A stretch of 52,017 nt of DNA from Candidatus Limnocylindrus sp. ZSMar2m-chloro-G89. GTDB taxonomy: Bacteria; Chloroflexota; Limnocylindria; Limnocylindrales; Limnocylindraceae. A model generated the notes under the pieces. It had not been told where the DNA came from, did not search any database, and saw only the letters and a program-made list of their open reading frames with translations. Below, one piece after another: positions 1 to 8,837 of the stretch (positions are counted from its first letter, which is position 1; the number at the start of each line of letters is the position of its first letter). Both the position numbers and the translations under genes were made by a program. Location: positions 39,817-91,833 of the forward strand of contig QWRJ01000001.1 of assembly GCA_003670475.1 (NCBI GenBank). Reading direction: 5' to 3'.

Positions 1-419
1 AGCGGCGGACCGCACCGGGAAATGGGATCCCAGCGCTGCGACTGGTGGAGGCGCGTCCGCACGTGCAGATTCGCGGTCGCACCTTTGAGGCGATCCCACT
101 CGTGCACGGTCGTCGTCCAGCGCACGGCTGGCGCAGCGGCGGCGTTGCCTATCTCACCGATGTGAGTTCGGTGGCGCCGAGCTCACGCGAGCGGCTGAAG
201 GGGCTCGACACGCTGATCATCTCGGCACTGCGTGATCTGCCGCACCCAACGCATCAGACAGTGGAGGAGGCGCTCGCCGTGATTGTGGCGCTTGAGCCGC
301 GCCGCGCGATCCTCACCCACCTAGATCATGACCTTGACTACCAGGAGCTCGCGGCGCGCCTCCCTGACGGGGTGCTCGCCGGCTTTGATGGGCTCGTCGT
401 GGAGGTCGCGGCGCGCTAG
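1..419 (+). CDS. MBL-fold (beta-lactamase-like) metallo-hydrolase, C-terminal part; the 5' end lies upstream of the window
   Basis: The frame is open from nt 3 to TAG 417-419, in phase with track ORF 45..419. The C-terminal pattern AIPLVHG..VAYLTDVS..LDTLIISAL..HPTHQTVEEAL..AILTHLDHDLDY..GFDGLVVEV resembles PhnP-type beta-lactamase-fold hydrolases (recognised by eye). Confidence 0.55.
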   Translation, partial: RRTAPGNGIPALRLVEARPHVQIRGRTFEAIPLVHGRRPAHGWRSGGVAYLTDVSSVAPSSRERLKGLDTLIISALRDLPHPTHQTVEEALAVIVALEPRRAILTHLDHDLDYQELAARLPDGVLAGFDGLVVEVAAR

Positions 420-422
420 ACT
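417..422 (+). promoter_or_regulatory. -10-like box TAGACT upstream of rnpB
   Basis: TAGACT overlaps the TAG stop of the upstream CDS and lies 5 nt before the first base of the RNase P RNA P1 helix. The same hexamer occurs before dnaE. No clear -35. Confidence 0.4.
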
Positions 423-427
423 CCCCT

Positions 428-774
428 TCGGCGAGATGGTCGGACGGCCGCGAGCGTACCTTCGGGTGCGTTCGAGGAAAGTCCGGGCTCCAAGGTGTAA
501 GGCAGCGGGTAACGCCCGTCCGCCGCGAGGCGCGGACTAGTGCCACAGAGACGAGTCCGCCACTGAGCTTCGGCTCGGAGGCGGGGTGAAACGCGGCAAA
601 CTCTGCCTGGAGCAAGGTCAAATAGGGGGACGCTTCGGCCCTTGTGGTCGGAACTGGCGCACCGCCAGGGTCTCCGGGTTGATCGCTCGAGCCACCGAGT
701 AATCGGTGGCCTAGATGGATGGCCGCCCCTCCCGCAAGGGGGGACAGAACCCGGCTTACAGACCATCTCGCCGA
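428..774 (+). ncRNA. rnpB: RNase P RNA (bacterial type A)
   Basis: Conserved P4 strands GAGGAAAGTCCGGGCTCC (474-491) and ACAGAACCCGGCTTA (744-758) are present. The terminal helix tcggcgagatggtc (428-441) is perfectly complementary to gaccatctcgccga (761-774). Internal AGTGCCACAGAGA and GGTGAAACG motifs are also present. Ends are approximate, +/- a few nt. Confidence 0.9.
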
Positions 775-824
775 CTCCCTCTCACGCTCACCCCCCGCCC
801 AGGGGCCCTCCTCCCACGCACCCC

Positions 825-853
825 TTGACAGGTGGGGATGGTGGGGGCAGAAT
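825..853 (+). promoter_or_regulatory. sigma-70-type promoter of the dcw cluster (Pmra-like)
   Basis: TTGACA (825-830), a 17-nt spacer, then CAGAAT (848-853), about 70 nt upstream of the mraZ start. Confidence 0.5.
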
Positions 854-885
854 GCACTGAAGTGGCTGTAAGTGGGGTGTGGTGG
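832..885 (+). promoter_or_regulatory. phased GTGG direct repeats, candidate MraZ operator
   Basis: GTGG starts at 832, 841, 862, 872 and 882. The last three (aAGTGGc, aAGTGGg, gGGTGGg) are exactly 10 bp apart, between the -10 box and the mraZ SD. Confidence 0.5.
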
Positions 886-924
886 GGGTACCCACCCCCG
901 AGGGCCACCGCGGAGGGGGTACAG

Positions 925-1353
925 GTGTTTACTGGCGAATACCGCCATACGATCGACGGCAAGGGACGGGTCGCCGTCCCTGCGCGCTTCCGCGCGCAGC
1001 TCGATGACGGCGCCTTCGTCTCCCGTTGGCTCGACAACTGCTTGGCGATCTTCCCGCGTGCCGCCTGGGACGACCTCGCCGCAAAGGTTGCGGCACTCCC
1101 CACCGGAAATGCGAGCGCACGCGAGTTCGGCCGCTTCCTCTTCGGGAGCGCCTTCGAGGTTGAGCTTGATGCGCAGGGACGCCTCCTCCTCCCGGGCACG
1201 TTGCGCACTTGGAGCCGCCTTGAGGGCGAGGCAATGGTGGTTGGCGCACGTGATCACGCAGAGATCTGGACACCTGCACGTTGGGATACGTATCGCGGCG
1301 GGATGGAGTCCTCTGATGCGCTCGCTGCGCAGTTGGAAGGGCTCGGCTTCTAA
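925..1353 (+). CDS. mraZ: transcriptional regulator MraZ
   Basis: Two DxxGR motifs (IDGKGRVAVP, LDAQGRLLLP). The start is moved to GTG 925 (V-FTGEY..., the typical MraZ N-terminus), preceded by GGAGGGGG at 913-920. The track start at 832 would add a non-homologous extension. Confidence 0.9.
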   Translation: MFTGEYRHTIDGKGRVAVPARFRAQLDDGAFVSRWLDNCLAIFPRAAWDDLAAKVAALPTGNASAREFGRFLFGSAFEVELDAQGRLLLPGTLRTWSRLEGEAMVVGARDHAEIWTPARWDTYRGGMESSDALAAQLEGLGF

Positions 1354-2327
1354 TGCCGCAGGCGCGGGGAGCTGCGCATGAGCCGACGCTTCACCAGCCA
1401 GTCTTGCTGCGCGAATCGCTTGACGGCCTCGCAATTCGCGCCGACGGTCACTACATCGATGCGAACCTCGGCGGTGGGGGACACGCAGAGGCGGTGCTGA
1501 CGGCGAGTTCGCCGAACGGTCAGCTCCTTGGTATTGACGCAGACCCAACGGCGATTGCACGCTCCCTTCTGCGACTCGCACCATTTGGTGATCGCCTGCA
1601 TACCTTTCAGGGGAGCAACGCGCGCATTGCCGAAGCAGCGGCGGCTGCCGGATTTACGAGCAGCGACGGGATCCTTTTTGACCTTGGCCTCTCGTCGGAT
1701 CAGCTCGTTGATCGCGAGCGTGGCTTTGGAATTCGTGCCGGCGGCGCACTGGATCTTCGATTTGATTCATCTCAGGGTGAGTCTGCGGCGGCACTACTTG
1801 CACACTTGAACGTTCCAGAACTTGCTGGACTGCTTCGCGAATATGGTGAAGAGCCACAGGCGAACAAGATCGCGCGAGCGATTGTGGCACGCCGAGCCGC
1901 AACACCGATTACAACGGCAGAGGATCTGGCAGCGCTCATTGAAGAGGTTGCAACGCGACCGGGGAAGCCATCGCGAATTCACCCAGCAACACGAGCCTTC
2001 CAGGCGCTGCGAATTGCTGTTAACGATGAGCTCACTGCACTGGCTACCGCACTTAATGCCTCAATCCGCCTCCTCGCGGCTGGCGGAAGGATTGTGGTGC
2101 TGACGTATCACTCGCTGGAGGATCGCATCGTCAAGCGCGCCTTCGCCGCCGCAGCACGCGGCTGCATCTGTCCGCCGCGACTTCCGGTCTGTGGATGCGG
2201 GCAGCTTCCAACGCTTCGACTGATTACAGATAAGCCGATCACGGCGTCTGAAGAGGAGATTGCGGAAAATCCGCGCAGTCGCAGCGCGAAGATGCGCGTT
2301 GCTGAACGCTTGGTGGTGGCCGCATGA
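1353..2327 (+). CDS. rsmH: 16S rRNA (cytosine1402-N4)-methyltransferase RsmH
   Basis: HQPVLL..., SAM motif DANLGGGGHAE and DLGLSSDQL. TAATG overlap with the mraZ stop. Conserved position after mraZ. Confidence 0.93.
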   Translation: MPQARGAAHEPTLHQPVLLRESLDGLAIRADGHYIDANLGGGGHAEAVLTASSPNGQLLGIDADPTAIARSLLRLAPFGDRLHTFQGSNARIAEAAAAAGFTSSDGILFDLGLSSDQLVDRERGFGIRAGGALDLRFDSSQGESAAALLAHLNVPELAGLLREYGEEPQANKIARAIVARRAATPITTAEDLAALIEEVATRPGKPSRIHPATRAFQALRIAVNDELTALATALNASIRLLAAGGRIVVLTYHSLEDRIVKRAFAAAARGCICPPRLPVCGCGQLPTLRLITDKPITASEEEIAENPRSRSAKMRVAERLVVAA

Positions 2328-2866
2328 CGGCGATCGGTCGACCACTTCGCGGTGCCCAACTGATCGCGCCGATCACACAACAGCGCGTTGCTGATGGGCG
2401 CTTCGCTGCTGCCGCACGACAGCGCGCTGCGATTCGACAAGCCTTCCAGCCACTCCCTGGAGTGAGCGGGAGCGGTTCAATTCGTACCGGATCACGCCCC
2501 CTCCCTGGCGCAGCGGTGCCGCGCACCGCAGTGGTACCTGGGCTGCGACCCCGTGGTCGGGTTGGCGTATCAGCTTGGAGCTCTAGTGACCGATCTGGAC
2601 TTTTCGGCACGCAACTCTCGAGCGTGATTGCTGTGGGGGCGGCGGTCTTCGCCGCCGCCTTTGTGATGCTCATTCTTAGCCTTGAGGTCACCACGGCTGC
2701 GGCACGAAAAGAGACACTCATCAGTGAGCAGGCGCGCATCGTTGAGCAGATTCGGATGGGCGAGACGGATATGAGTCGCCTCGGACGCGAGCCGGCGGTG
2801 CGACGTCGCGCCTTTGAGCTCGGGATTAGTCAGCTGACCGATCCACTGATCGTCGAGGGGCGCTGA
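2324..2866 (+). CDS. ftsL: FtsL-like bitopic cell-division protein (by position and topology)
   Basis: ATGA overlap with the rsmH stop. One TM helix (VIAVGAAVFAAAFVMLILSL) is followed by a short extracytoplasmic helical segment, and the gene sits between rsmH and ftsI. The Arg/Pro-rich N-terminal ~95 aa is unusual. No diagnostic motif. Confidence 0.5.
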   Translation: MTAIGRPLRGAQLIAPITQQRVADGRFAAAARQRAAIRQAFQPLPGVSGSGSIRTGSRPLPGAAVPRTAVVPGLRPRGRVGVSAWSSSDRSGLFGTQLSSVIAVGAAVFAAAFVMLILSLEVTTAAARKETLISEQARIVEQIRMGETDMSRLGREPAVRRRAFELGISQLTDPLIVEGR

Positions 2867-2867
2867 G

Positions 2868-4793
2868 ATGGCGCACGATCCGCGCGTGGTGCGGACCGAT
2901 GCGCAAGGAAGAGCCCTCGTCGTTGCCGCCGTCCTGATCGTTGCAGGCTCGCTCTGCTTCGGCCGCCTCGCGCAGTGGCAGCTCGTTGACCGCGAGCGCC
3001 TCCTTGAAGCGGCAGGGAGTCGGATCAGCGATACCGCCGTTGCCGATCCACTCCGCGGCACCATCACTGATCGGAGCGGGAGCGTGGTCCTCGCGAGCAC
3101 CGTGATGCGCCAACAGCTCGTTGCGCAGCCTTCGGCTCTTAGTGCCGAAGAGAAGGCCTCCGTGCGTGACGTGCTCATTACGTTGCTGGAGCTTGATGGG
3201 GAGGCCGCCTCACGCCTTAGCGCGGGGCTGAACTCCACGCGTCAGTGGAGCATCCTTCACCCTGGGCTTACCGACCAAGAAGCCGATCTAGTGAGGTCTG
3301 CCGCTTCCGCCGGAGAGCTTCCAGGTATTGCACTGACTCCAGTTCGTATGCGCTACTACCCGCAGCCGGGTGGTGCGTCAGAGAGCAGCCTTGCGAGCCA
3401 CGTGCTCGGATTCGTCAACGGCGATGGGGTAGGCCAGTACGGTATTGAGTCGTACTACAACGAGCAACTGGCGGGGAGCAGACAGATCACACGAACTGAG
3501 CGCGGTGCGGATGGCGCTGAGCGCCAAGTTGAGGTCTCAGCTGCACTCCCAGGAGTTGACCTGCAGCTCAGCATTGACGCGGGGTTACAGACACTCGTTG
3601 AGCAAGAGATTGCCGCCGCTGGCGTTGCGAACCAGGCTGAATCGGTCAGCGTGGTGGTGATGGATCCATACACTGGTGACGTCCTCACCTCCGCTTCATG
3701 GCCTTCATATGACGCGAACCGCTACAGCGTCACCGCCGCTCGCGATCCGCGTCGATTTGTTGACCCAACGATTAGCAGCGTCTATGAGCCGGGCTCCGTC
3801 ATGAAAGCGATTACCAGCGTTGCTGGCATCGAGAGTGGCGTCGTGACGCCACAGACCGTGATCAACGACCAGTCGGTGCTTCAACTAGACAGCGGCGTGA
3901 ACTCGGTCCGCAACGCCGATCATCGCTCGAAGGGTGCGCTCACGTTAAGTAAGGCGTTTGCGTGGAGTAGAAATATCATCTTCTCAAAGATCGCACTCTC
4001 TCTCGGCAAGAGTACAAGTGAGGCCTCACAGCGACTCTATGCAACCTGGCTGCGCTTTGGCTTCGGCGGAAAGACTGGAATTGACCTCTCGGGCGAAAGC
4101 CAGGGACTTGTGAATAGCCCAGCAACGAAACGGTGGAGCGAACTTGACCTCGCAAACGGTTCGTTCGGACAGGGTGTCAGCGTCACGCTGATGCAGCTCG
4201 CCACCGCATACTCCGCAATGCTGAATGGCGGCGTGCTCGTCCGACCTCGCGTAGTTCATGCAATTAATGGTGTTGAGCAGCCGATTACCACGCGTGGGCT
4301 CGCAACGTCGGGGCGCGTCTCGTCGCAGATCATTGAGATGACGAAGGGACTCACACGGATCGTACCGCTCTACACCCGCCTGGCGAGCATCCCCTCCTAT
4401 GCCTCTGGAGGGAAGAGTGGCACCGCGCAGATCTGGCTCACCAAAGAGAAGAACGGTGGTACGGCGGGCTGGGATAAGCGCCACTTCAACTTCACCTATG
4501 TAGGCTGGATCGGTCAGACCGCTCCTGAATATGTGGTGGCGGTCTCCATTCGACGTGGGACGCCGATCGTGAACATGCAGGGGAACATCCTCAACAACAT
4601 TGAATCCTTTGAGCTCTTCCGCAGGATTGCAGAGGAGATTGCCTCACTCTTCAACATTCCTCCTGCCGTTCCCGCAACCGGGAGCGGCTCAGCTTCCCCC
4701 GCCCACCGCAGGGCACCGGAACCCTCCGCTCTGGTGGGTCTGCTGGTGGGCGGGGACCCTCTTCGTCGGCAGTTTGTGTTGCGGCGGACATGA
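2868..4793 (+). CDS. ftsI: penicillin-binding protein 2/3 family transpeptidase (FtsI)
   Basis: N-terminal membrane anchor. Transpeptidase motifs SxxK (SVMK), SxN (SRN) and K[ST]G (KSGT). dcw position. Confidence 0.9.
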   Translation: MAHDPRVVRTDAQGRALVVAAVLIVAGSLCFGRLAQWQLVDRERLLEAAGSRISDTAVADPLRGTITDRSGSVVLASTVMRQQLVAQPSALSAEEKASVRDVLITLLELDGEAASRLSAGLNSTRQWSILHPGLTDQEADLVRSAASAGELPGIALTPVRMRYYPQPGGASESSLASHVLGFVNGDGVGQYGIESYYNEQLAGSRQITRTERGADGAERQVEVSAALPGVDLQLSIDAGLQTLVEQEIAAAGVANQAESVSVVVMDPYTGDVLTSASWPSYDANRYSVTAARDPRRFVDPTISSVYEPGSVMKAITSVAGIESGVVTPQTVINDQSVLQLDSGVNSVRNADHRSKGALTLSKAFAWSRNIIFSKIALSLGKSTSEASQRLYATWLRFGFGGKTGIDLSGESQGLVNSPATKRWSELDLANGSFGQGVSVTLMQLATAYSAMLNGGVLVRPRVVHAINGVEQPITTRGLATSGRVSSQIIEMTKGLTRIVPLYTRLASIPSYASGGKSGTAQIWLTKEKNGGTAGWDKRHFNFTYVGWIGQTAPEYVVAVSIRRGTPIVNMQGNILNNIESFELFRRIAEEIASLFNIPPAVPATGSGSASPAHRRAPEPSALVGLLVGGDPLRRQFVLRRT

Positions 4794-6280
4794 GCGTGGC
4801 GAGCGCGAACGTGTCCCGGGTGAGCGGCCTTCTCGCCGCGAGCGGCGCGGAGCTCGCGCGTCTTACTGACGCAACGCTGCTGCACGACGGTGCGGCGCCG
4901 ATCCGTGGCGCAGCGGTTGACTCACGGCGCATCGCGGAACGCCGCGGCGCGCTCTTTGTTGCCCTCCCTGGTGTGCAGACAGATGGACGTCTCCACCTCC
5001 TCCATGCGATCGAGCAGGGGGCGAACGCACTCCTTATTGAAGAGGGTGGTGATCGCGCCGCCCAAGAGCATCTACAGCTCGCCCTTTCCGCAGCCGCTGA
5101 GCGCGGAGTCTCCATCCTCAGCGTCCCGAGTGGTGTTGCAGCGTTGAGTCAACTTGCGTCGGCATGGCGTGCCCGCTTTGACGTAGAGACGATCGGCGTC
5201 ACTGGATCAGTAGGGAAGACGACCACCAAGGAGGCGATCTACAGCGCACTCGGCGGTGAGAGGGATCGAGTGGCGGCGACGCCAGGGAATGCGAACAATG
5301 AGATTGGTCTCCCGCTTGCGCTGCTCAACCTCCCAGACGCCACGGAACGCTTTGTGGCGGAGATGGGGATGTATGTGGGAGGCGAGATCAGCGCCCTCTG
5401 CGCGATGGCGCGGCCACGCATCGGTGTGGTCACGGCGATTGATGCCGTACACGCCGAACGTGCGGGGGGGCTTGATGCGATTGAATCGGCGAAGGGGGAG
5501 CTCATCGCCGCTCTGCCGGCTGATGGCTGGGCGATCCTCGCCGCGGATGATGCCCGTGTGATGCGACTCGCTGCACGTGGACCGGCGCGCGTCCTTACCG
5601 CAGGGCATGCTGAAGGGGCCGACGTACACATCGTCAGTGTGGAGCTTGACCAAGAGACGGCGCGCACACGAGTGGAGCTACGCGTTGATGAAGAGCGACT
5701 CCAGATTGACCTTCCGCTCTTCGGTGCGCAGTTTGCGCGATCGGCGGGGCTCGCGATTGCCGTGGCAAAGGTATGCGGTGTTGACCTGCGTGCTGCTGCG
5801 AGCCGTCTGAGTGAGGTGCAACTACCGAACGGTCGGGCGAGCGTGCGCAACATCGGTGGCGTTCGCCTGATTGACGATGCATATAACGCTGCGCCGAGCA
5901 GCATGGCGGCGGCACTCGTAACGCTCTCCAGTGCAACAGGCGCACGCTTCGCTGCGCTCGGGGCGATGGGAGAGCTTGGCGAATACGCTGCTGCCGCGCA
6001 CGAGGAGATCGGTCGCGCCGCCGCCGAGAGTGGCCTCACGATGCTGCTCGTCTTCGGCACGGAAGCGGATGGGATCGCCGCTGGTGCCCGCAGCGCAGGG
6101 ATGCCAGTTGATCAGATCGTGCGGCTCTCAGCAGACGAGCAGGGGATCATCGCGGGTGCAGGGCTGATCGCCGATCGCGTGCGCACGGGAGACACGGTGT
6201 TGATCAAGGCGTCGCGCTCCGTTGCGCTCGAGCGACTGGTCGCCGCGTTAGATGAGCGCCTGAGTGGAGGTCACGCATGA
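4790..6280 (+). CDS. murF: UDP-N-acetylmuramoyl-tripeptide--D-alanyl-D-alanine ligase MurF
   Basis: GVTGSVGKTTTKE P-loop, NANNEIGLP, AEMGM and DDAYNAAPSSM, which are MurF-type rather than MurE-type signatures. ATGA overlap with ftsI. Confidence 0.88.
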   Translation: MSVASANVSRVSGLLAASGAELARLTDATLLHDGAAPIRGAAVDSRRIAERRGALFVALPGVQTDGRLHLLHAIEQGANALLIEEGGDRAAQEHLQLALSAAAERGVSILSVPSGVAALSQLASAWRARFDVETIGVTGSVGKTTTKEAIYSALGGERDRVAATPGNANNEIGLPLALLNLPDATERFVAEMGMYVGGEISALCAMARPRIGVVTAIDAVHAERAGGLDAIESAKGELIAALPADGWAILAADDARVMRLAARGPARVLTAGHAEGADVHIVSVELDQETARTRVELRVDEERLQIDLPLFGAQFARSAGLAIAVAKVCGVDLRAAASRLSEVQLPNGRASVRNIGGVRLIDDAYNAAPSSMAAALVTLSSATGARFAALGAMGELGEYAAAAHEEIGRAAAESGLTMLLVFGTEADGIAAGARSAGMPVDQIVRLSADEQGIIAGAGLIADRVRTGDTVLIKASRSVALERLVAALDERLSGGHA

Positions 6281-7251
6281 TTGCCATCGTTCAGGCCCTC
6301 GTCCTCTCGTTCGGCTGCGTCTGCCTTCTCATGCCCGCCTATCTGCGACTCCTGCGACACGGCGGCTTTGGAAAGCGCGTGCGCCGTGAGTTTGGTCCCG
6401 ACTGGCACATCGTGAAGGAGGGGACACCCACAATGGGCGGGCTCCTCCTTGTCGTGGTGGTGCTCGCCCTCTCGCTCCTGCTCGACGCGGTGGATGCCTC
6501 AACCTACGCAATCCTCCTTGCCCTTCTCGGTGTGTCGCTCGTTGGTGCATTCGACGATTGGCTCAACGCGCGCACTGGAATCGGTATCTCTGCGCGCCAA
6601 AAGCTGCTCTGGCAGATTGGCGTCTCGATCATCTCAGCGGTCTACATCCAGCAGCACTTCGCCTTCGCCTCACTCGTCGTCCCACTCGTTGGTGAGGTGC
6701 CGATCGCGCCGATCCTATGGATCACCGTCGCTGTGGTGGCAATCGTCGCTACGAGTAACGGAGTCAATCTCACCGATGGGCTCGATGGCCTCTCTGGCGG
6801 GACGATGGTCTTCGCCTGGATCAGCTACATGGTGATCGCACTCCTGAATGCCCCAGGGCAGCTGAACGTTGCCATCATCTGCGCGCTGATCGCCGGCGCA
6901 CTTGTTGGCTTCCTCTGGTTCAACATCCATCCGGCGAGCGTGATTATTGGCGATACGGGGGCGCTCGGATTCGGTGCCGCGCTCGCAGTGACAGGCCTTG
7001 TGACGGGCCACATCCTGCTCCTTCCGCTGATCGGCATCATCTTTGTGGTTGAAACTGGCTCGGTGATCTTGCAGGTGGCAAGCGTGAAGCTCACCGGTCG
7101 ACGCATCTTCCTCTTCACACCGATCCATCACCACTTTGAGCGACTCGGCTGGGCGGAGACACAGATCACCTTCCGCTTCTGGGTGATTGGTGCCATCGGC
7201 GGCATCCTTGGCATCGTCGTCTTCCTTGCAACACGTGGCGTTGGGGCGTAG
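6277..7251 (+). CDS. mraY: phospho-N-acetylmuramoyl-pentapeptide transferase MraY
   Basis: Polytopic membrane protein with GTPTMGG, FDDWLN, NGVNLTDGLDGL and PIHHHFE motifs. ATGA overlap with murF. Confidence 0.95.
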   Translation: MIAIVQALVLSFGCVCLLMPAYLRLLRHGGFGKRVRREFGPDWHIVKEGTPTMGGLLLVVVVLALSLLLDAVDASTYAILLALLGVSLVGAFDDWLNARTGIGISARQKLLWQIGVSIISAVYIQQHFAFASLVVPLVGEVPIAPILWITVAVVAIVATSNGVNLTDGLDGLSGGTMVFAWISYMVIALLNAPGQLNVAIICALIAGALVGFLWFNIHPASVIIGDTGALGFGAALAVTGLVTGHILLLPLIGIIFVVETGSVILQVASVKLTGRRIFLFTPIHHHFERLGWAETQITFRFWVIGAIGGILGIVVFLATRGVGA

Positions 7252-7253
7252 TC

Positions 7254-8837
7254 GTGGGTGGCGCGCTCTCGCTTAGCGATCTGAGTGCCACCGCCGTTAA
7301 CGCGGGGAGCCTGAAGGGGGCGCGCGTCGTGGTGCTTGGTGCGGGACGCACCGGACAGGCGGTCGCCGAGTTTACCGCTGCGCATGGAGCGAACGTCACG
7401 TTGCACGATAGTGCTGAGGTGGGGACGCTTCAGGCGGCGGCTGACCGCTTCGCATCTGGCGGCGTCACGCTCGCATTTGGTGCCGGAGCCGACCTCGCTC
7501 CACTCCTTGCGACGGCGGACCTCGTCGTGCACAGCCCCTCAGTCACACTCGGCTTCCCGTCAGTGAAGGAATCGGTTGCCGGACCGTTACGTGACTACGC
7601 CGCGCGCGCGATCGGCCCAGAGGGAGACGCAACGAAGCGAGAGGCACTCCTGATCAGTGAGCCAGAGTGGACGCTACGCCTCCTCGGTGCGCGTTGGCGG
7701 ATTGGGATCACCGGGACGAAGGGGAAGACCTCCACGAGCAACCTGATTGCAGCGATCCTCGTCGCTGATCCAAGCAGCCCTGTGGAGCTTGGTGGAAACA
7801 ACGGCGTTCCGCTCATCGGCAAGGCGGCTGGACTCTCTGAGACGACGCGCGTCGTGTTGGAGCTGTCAGAGCTGCAACTCCCCACAATCGTCAGCAGCGT
7901 GGATGTTGCCGTCTACACCAACATCACGGTTGATCATCTCGATCGTCATGGGAGTGTTGAGGGGTATCGCAAGGTGAAGCGGCTCCTAGCCGACCGCGTA
8001 GATTCGGATGGCGTCCTTATCGTCAATCTCGACGACCCTGTCGCCGCGGGGCTCGCTGGGATTGGGCGCGTGTCAACCGTTGGGTATCGCCGTGATCGTC
8101 CAGTGCCAGGCGGCGTTGGGATCGTTGACGGCTGGATCGTTGCGGCTGCCGTGCCGCGCGCCGCACGTTTCGGTGGGGGAGTCGCCGGGACGGGTCCGGG
8201 GGGCAGGATCATGCCAGTTGATGAGATCGCTCTCCCTGGGGATCACAGCATCAGTAACGTCCTTGCAGCGATCAGCACCGGACTCGTTGCGGGGGTCGCG
8301 CCAGACGCGATTCGCGCCGCCGTCTCCAGCTTCCGCGGTATCCCGCACCGACTTGAAACGGTCGCGGTGCTCGACGGTATTCGCTACGTCAACGATGCGC
8401 AGGCGACACAGCCCGATGCGGTTGCGGCGGCGGTGCGCAGCTTCCGCAAGCCACTCGTCTTACTTGCAGGGGGGCGGAGCAAGGGGCTGGATCTGACCGA
8501 GCTCGCTCCGATCATTGCTGCGCAGTGCAGCGGTGCGGTGCTCTTCGGCGAGTTGTCGGATGAGCTCGAAGGGCTCTTCCGCGGCGCCGGTCTTCAACGA
8601 ATAGATCGAGCGACAAGCATCCCGGATGCCGCCGCGCGTGGTGGTGCTATGGCGCGCGCGCTCCTCACTGAGACGGTGGAGCCCGCAAGCGCGTCGCTCC
8701 ATGAGAGTGAGGCGCGTGCGACTGTGCTGCTGAGCCCGATCGGCTCCTCATTCGACATGTTTAATAACCCGTTCGGCGCGCGTGGTGATGCCTTCCGCGC
8801 CGCTGTGCTTGAACTTCCAGCGGAGCACCGCGCATGA
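7254..8837 (+). CDS. murD: UDP-N-acetylmuramoylalanine--D-glutamate ligase MurD
   Basis: GTG start. N-terminal Rossmann VVVLGAGRTG, P-loop GITGTKGKTST, ELSELQL, TNITVDHLDRHG and NDAQATQ (DSKATN-like). At 527 aa it is somewhat longer than typical MurD. Confidence 0.88.
   Translation: MGGALSLSDLSATAVNAGSLKGARVVVLGAGRTGQAVAEFTAAHGANVTLHDSAEVGTLQAAADRFASGGVTLAFGAGADLAPLLATADLVVHSPSVTLGFPSVKESVAGPLRDYAARAIGPEGDATKREALLISEPEWTLRLLGARWRIGITGTKGKTSTSNLIAAILVADPSSPVELGGNNGVPLIGKAAGLSETTRVVLELSELQLPTIVSSVDVAVYTNITVDHLDRHGSVEGYRKVKRLLADRVDSDGVLIVNLDDPVAAGLAGIGRVSTVGYRRDRPVPGGVGIVDGWIVAAAVPRAARFGGGVAGTGPGGRIMPVDEIALPGDHSISNVLAAISTGLVAGVAPDAIRAAVSSFRGIPHRLETVAVLDGIRYVNDAQATQPDAVAAAVRSFRKPLVLLAGGRSKGLDLTELAPIIAAQCSGAVLFGELSDELEGLFRGAGLQRIDRATSIPDAAARGGAMARALLTETVEPASASLHESEARATVLLSPIGSSFDMFNNPFGARGDAFRAAVLELPAEHRA

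Noticed and set aside
313-1584. 423-aa minus-strand ORF, the longest unexplained ORF at the left end
   Set aside because: It runs antisense across the RNase P RNA gene, mraZ and the rsmH 5' end. The product is Arg/Pro/Ala/Gly-rich low complexity with no motifs. This is a typical stop-codon-poor antisense frame in high-GC DNA.
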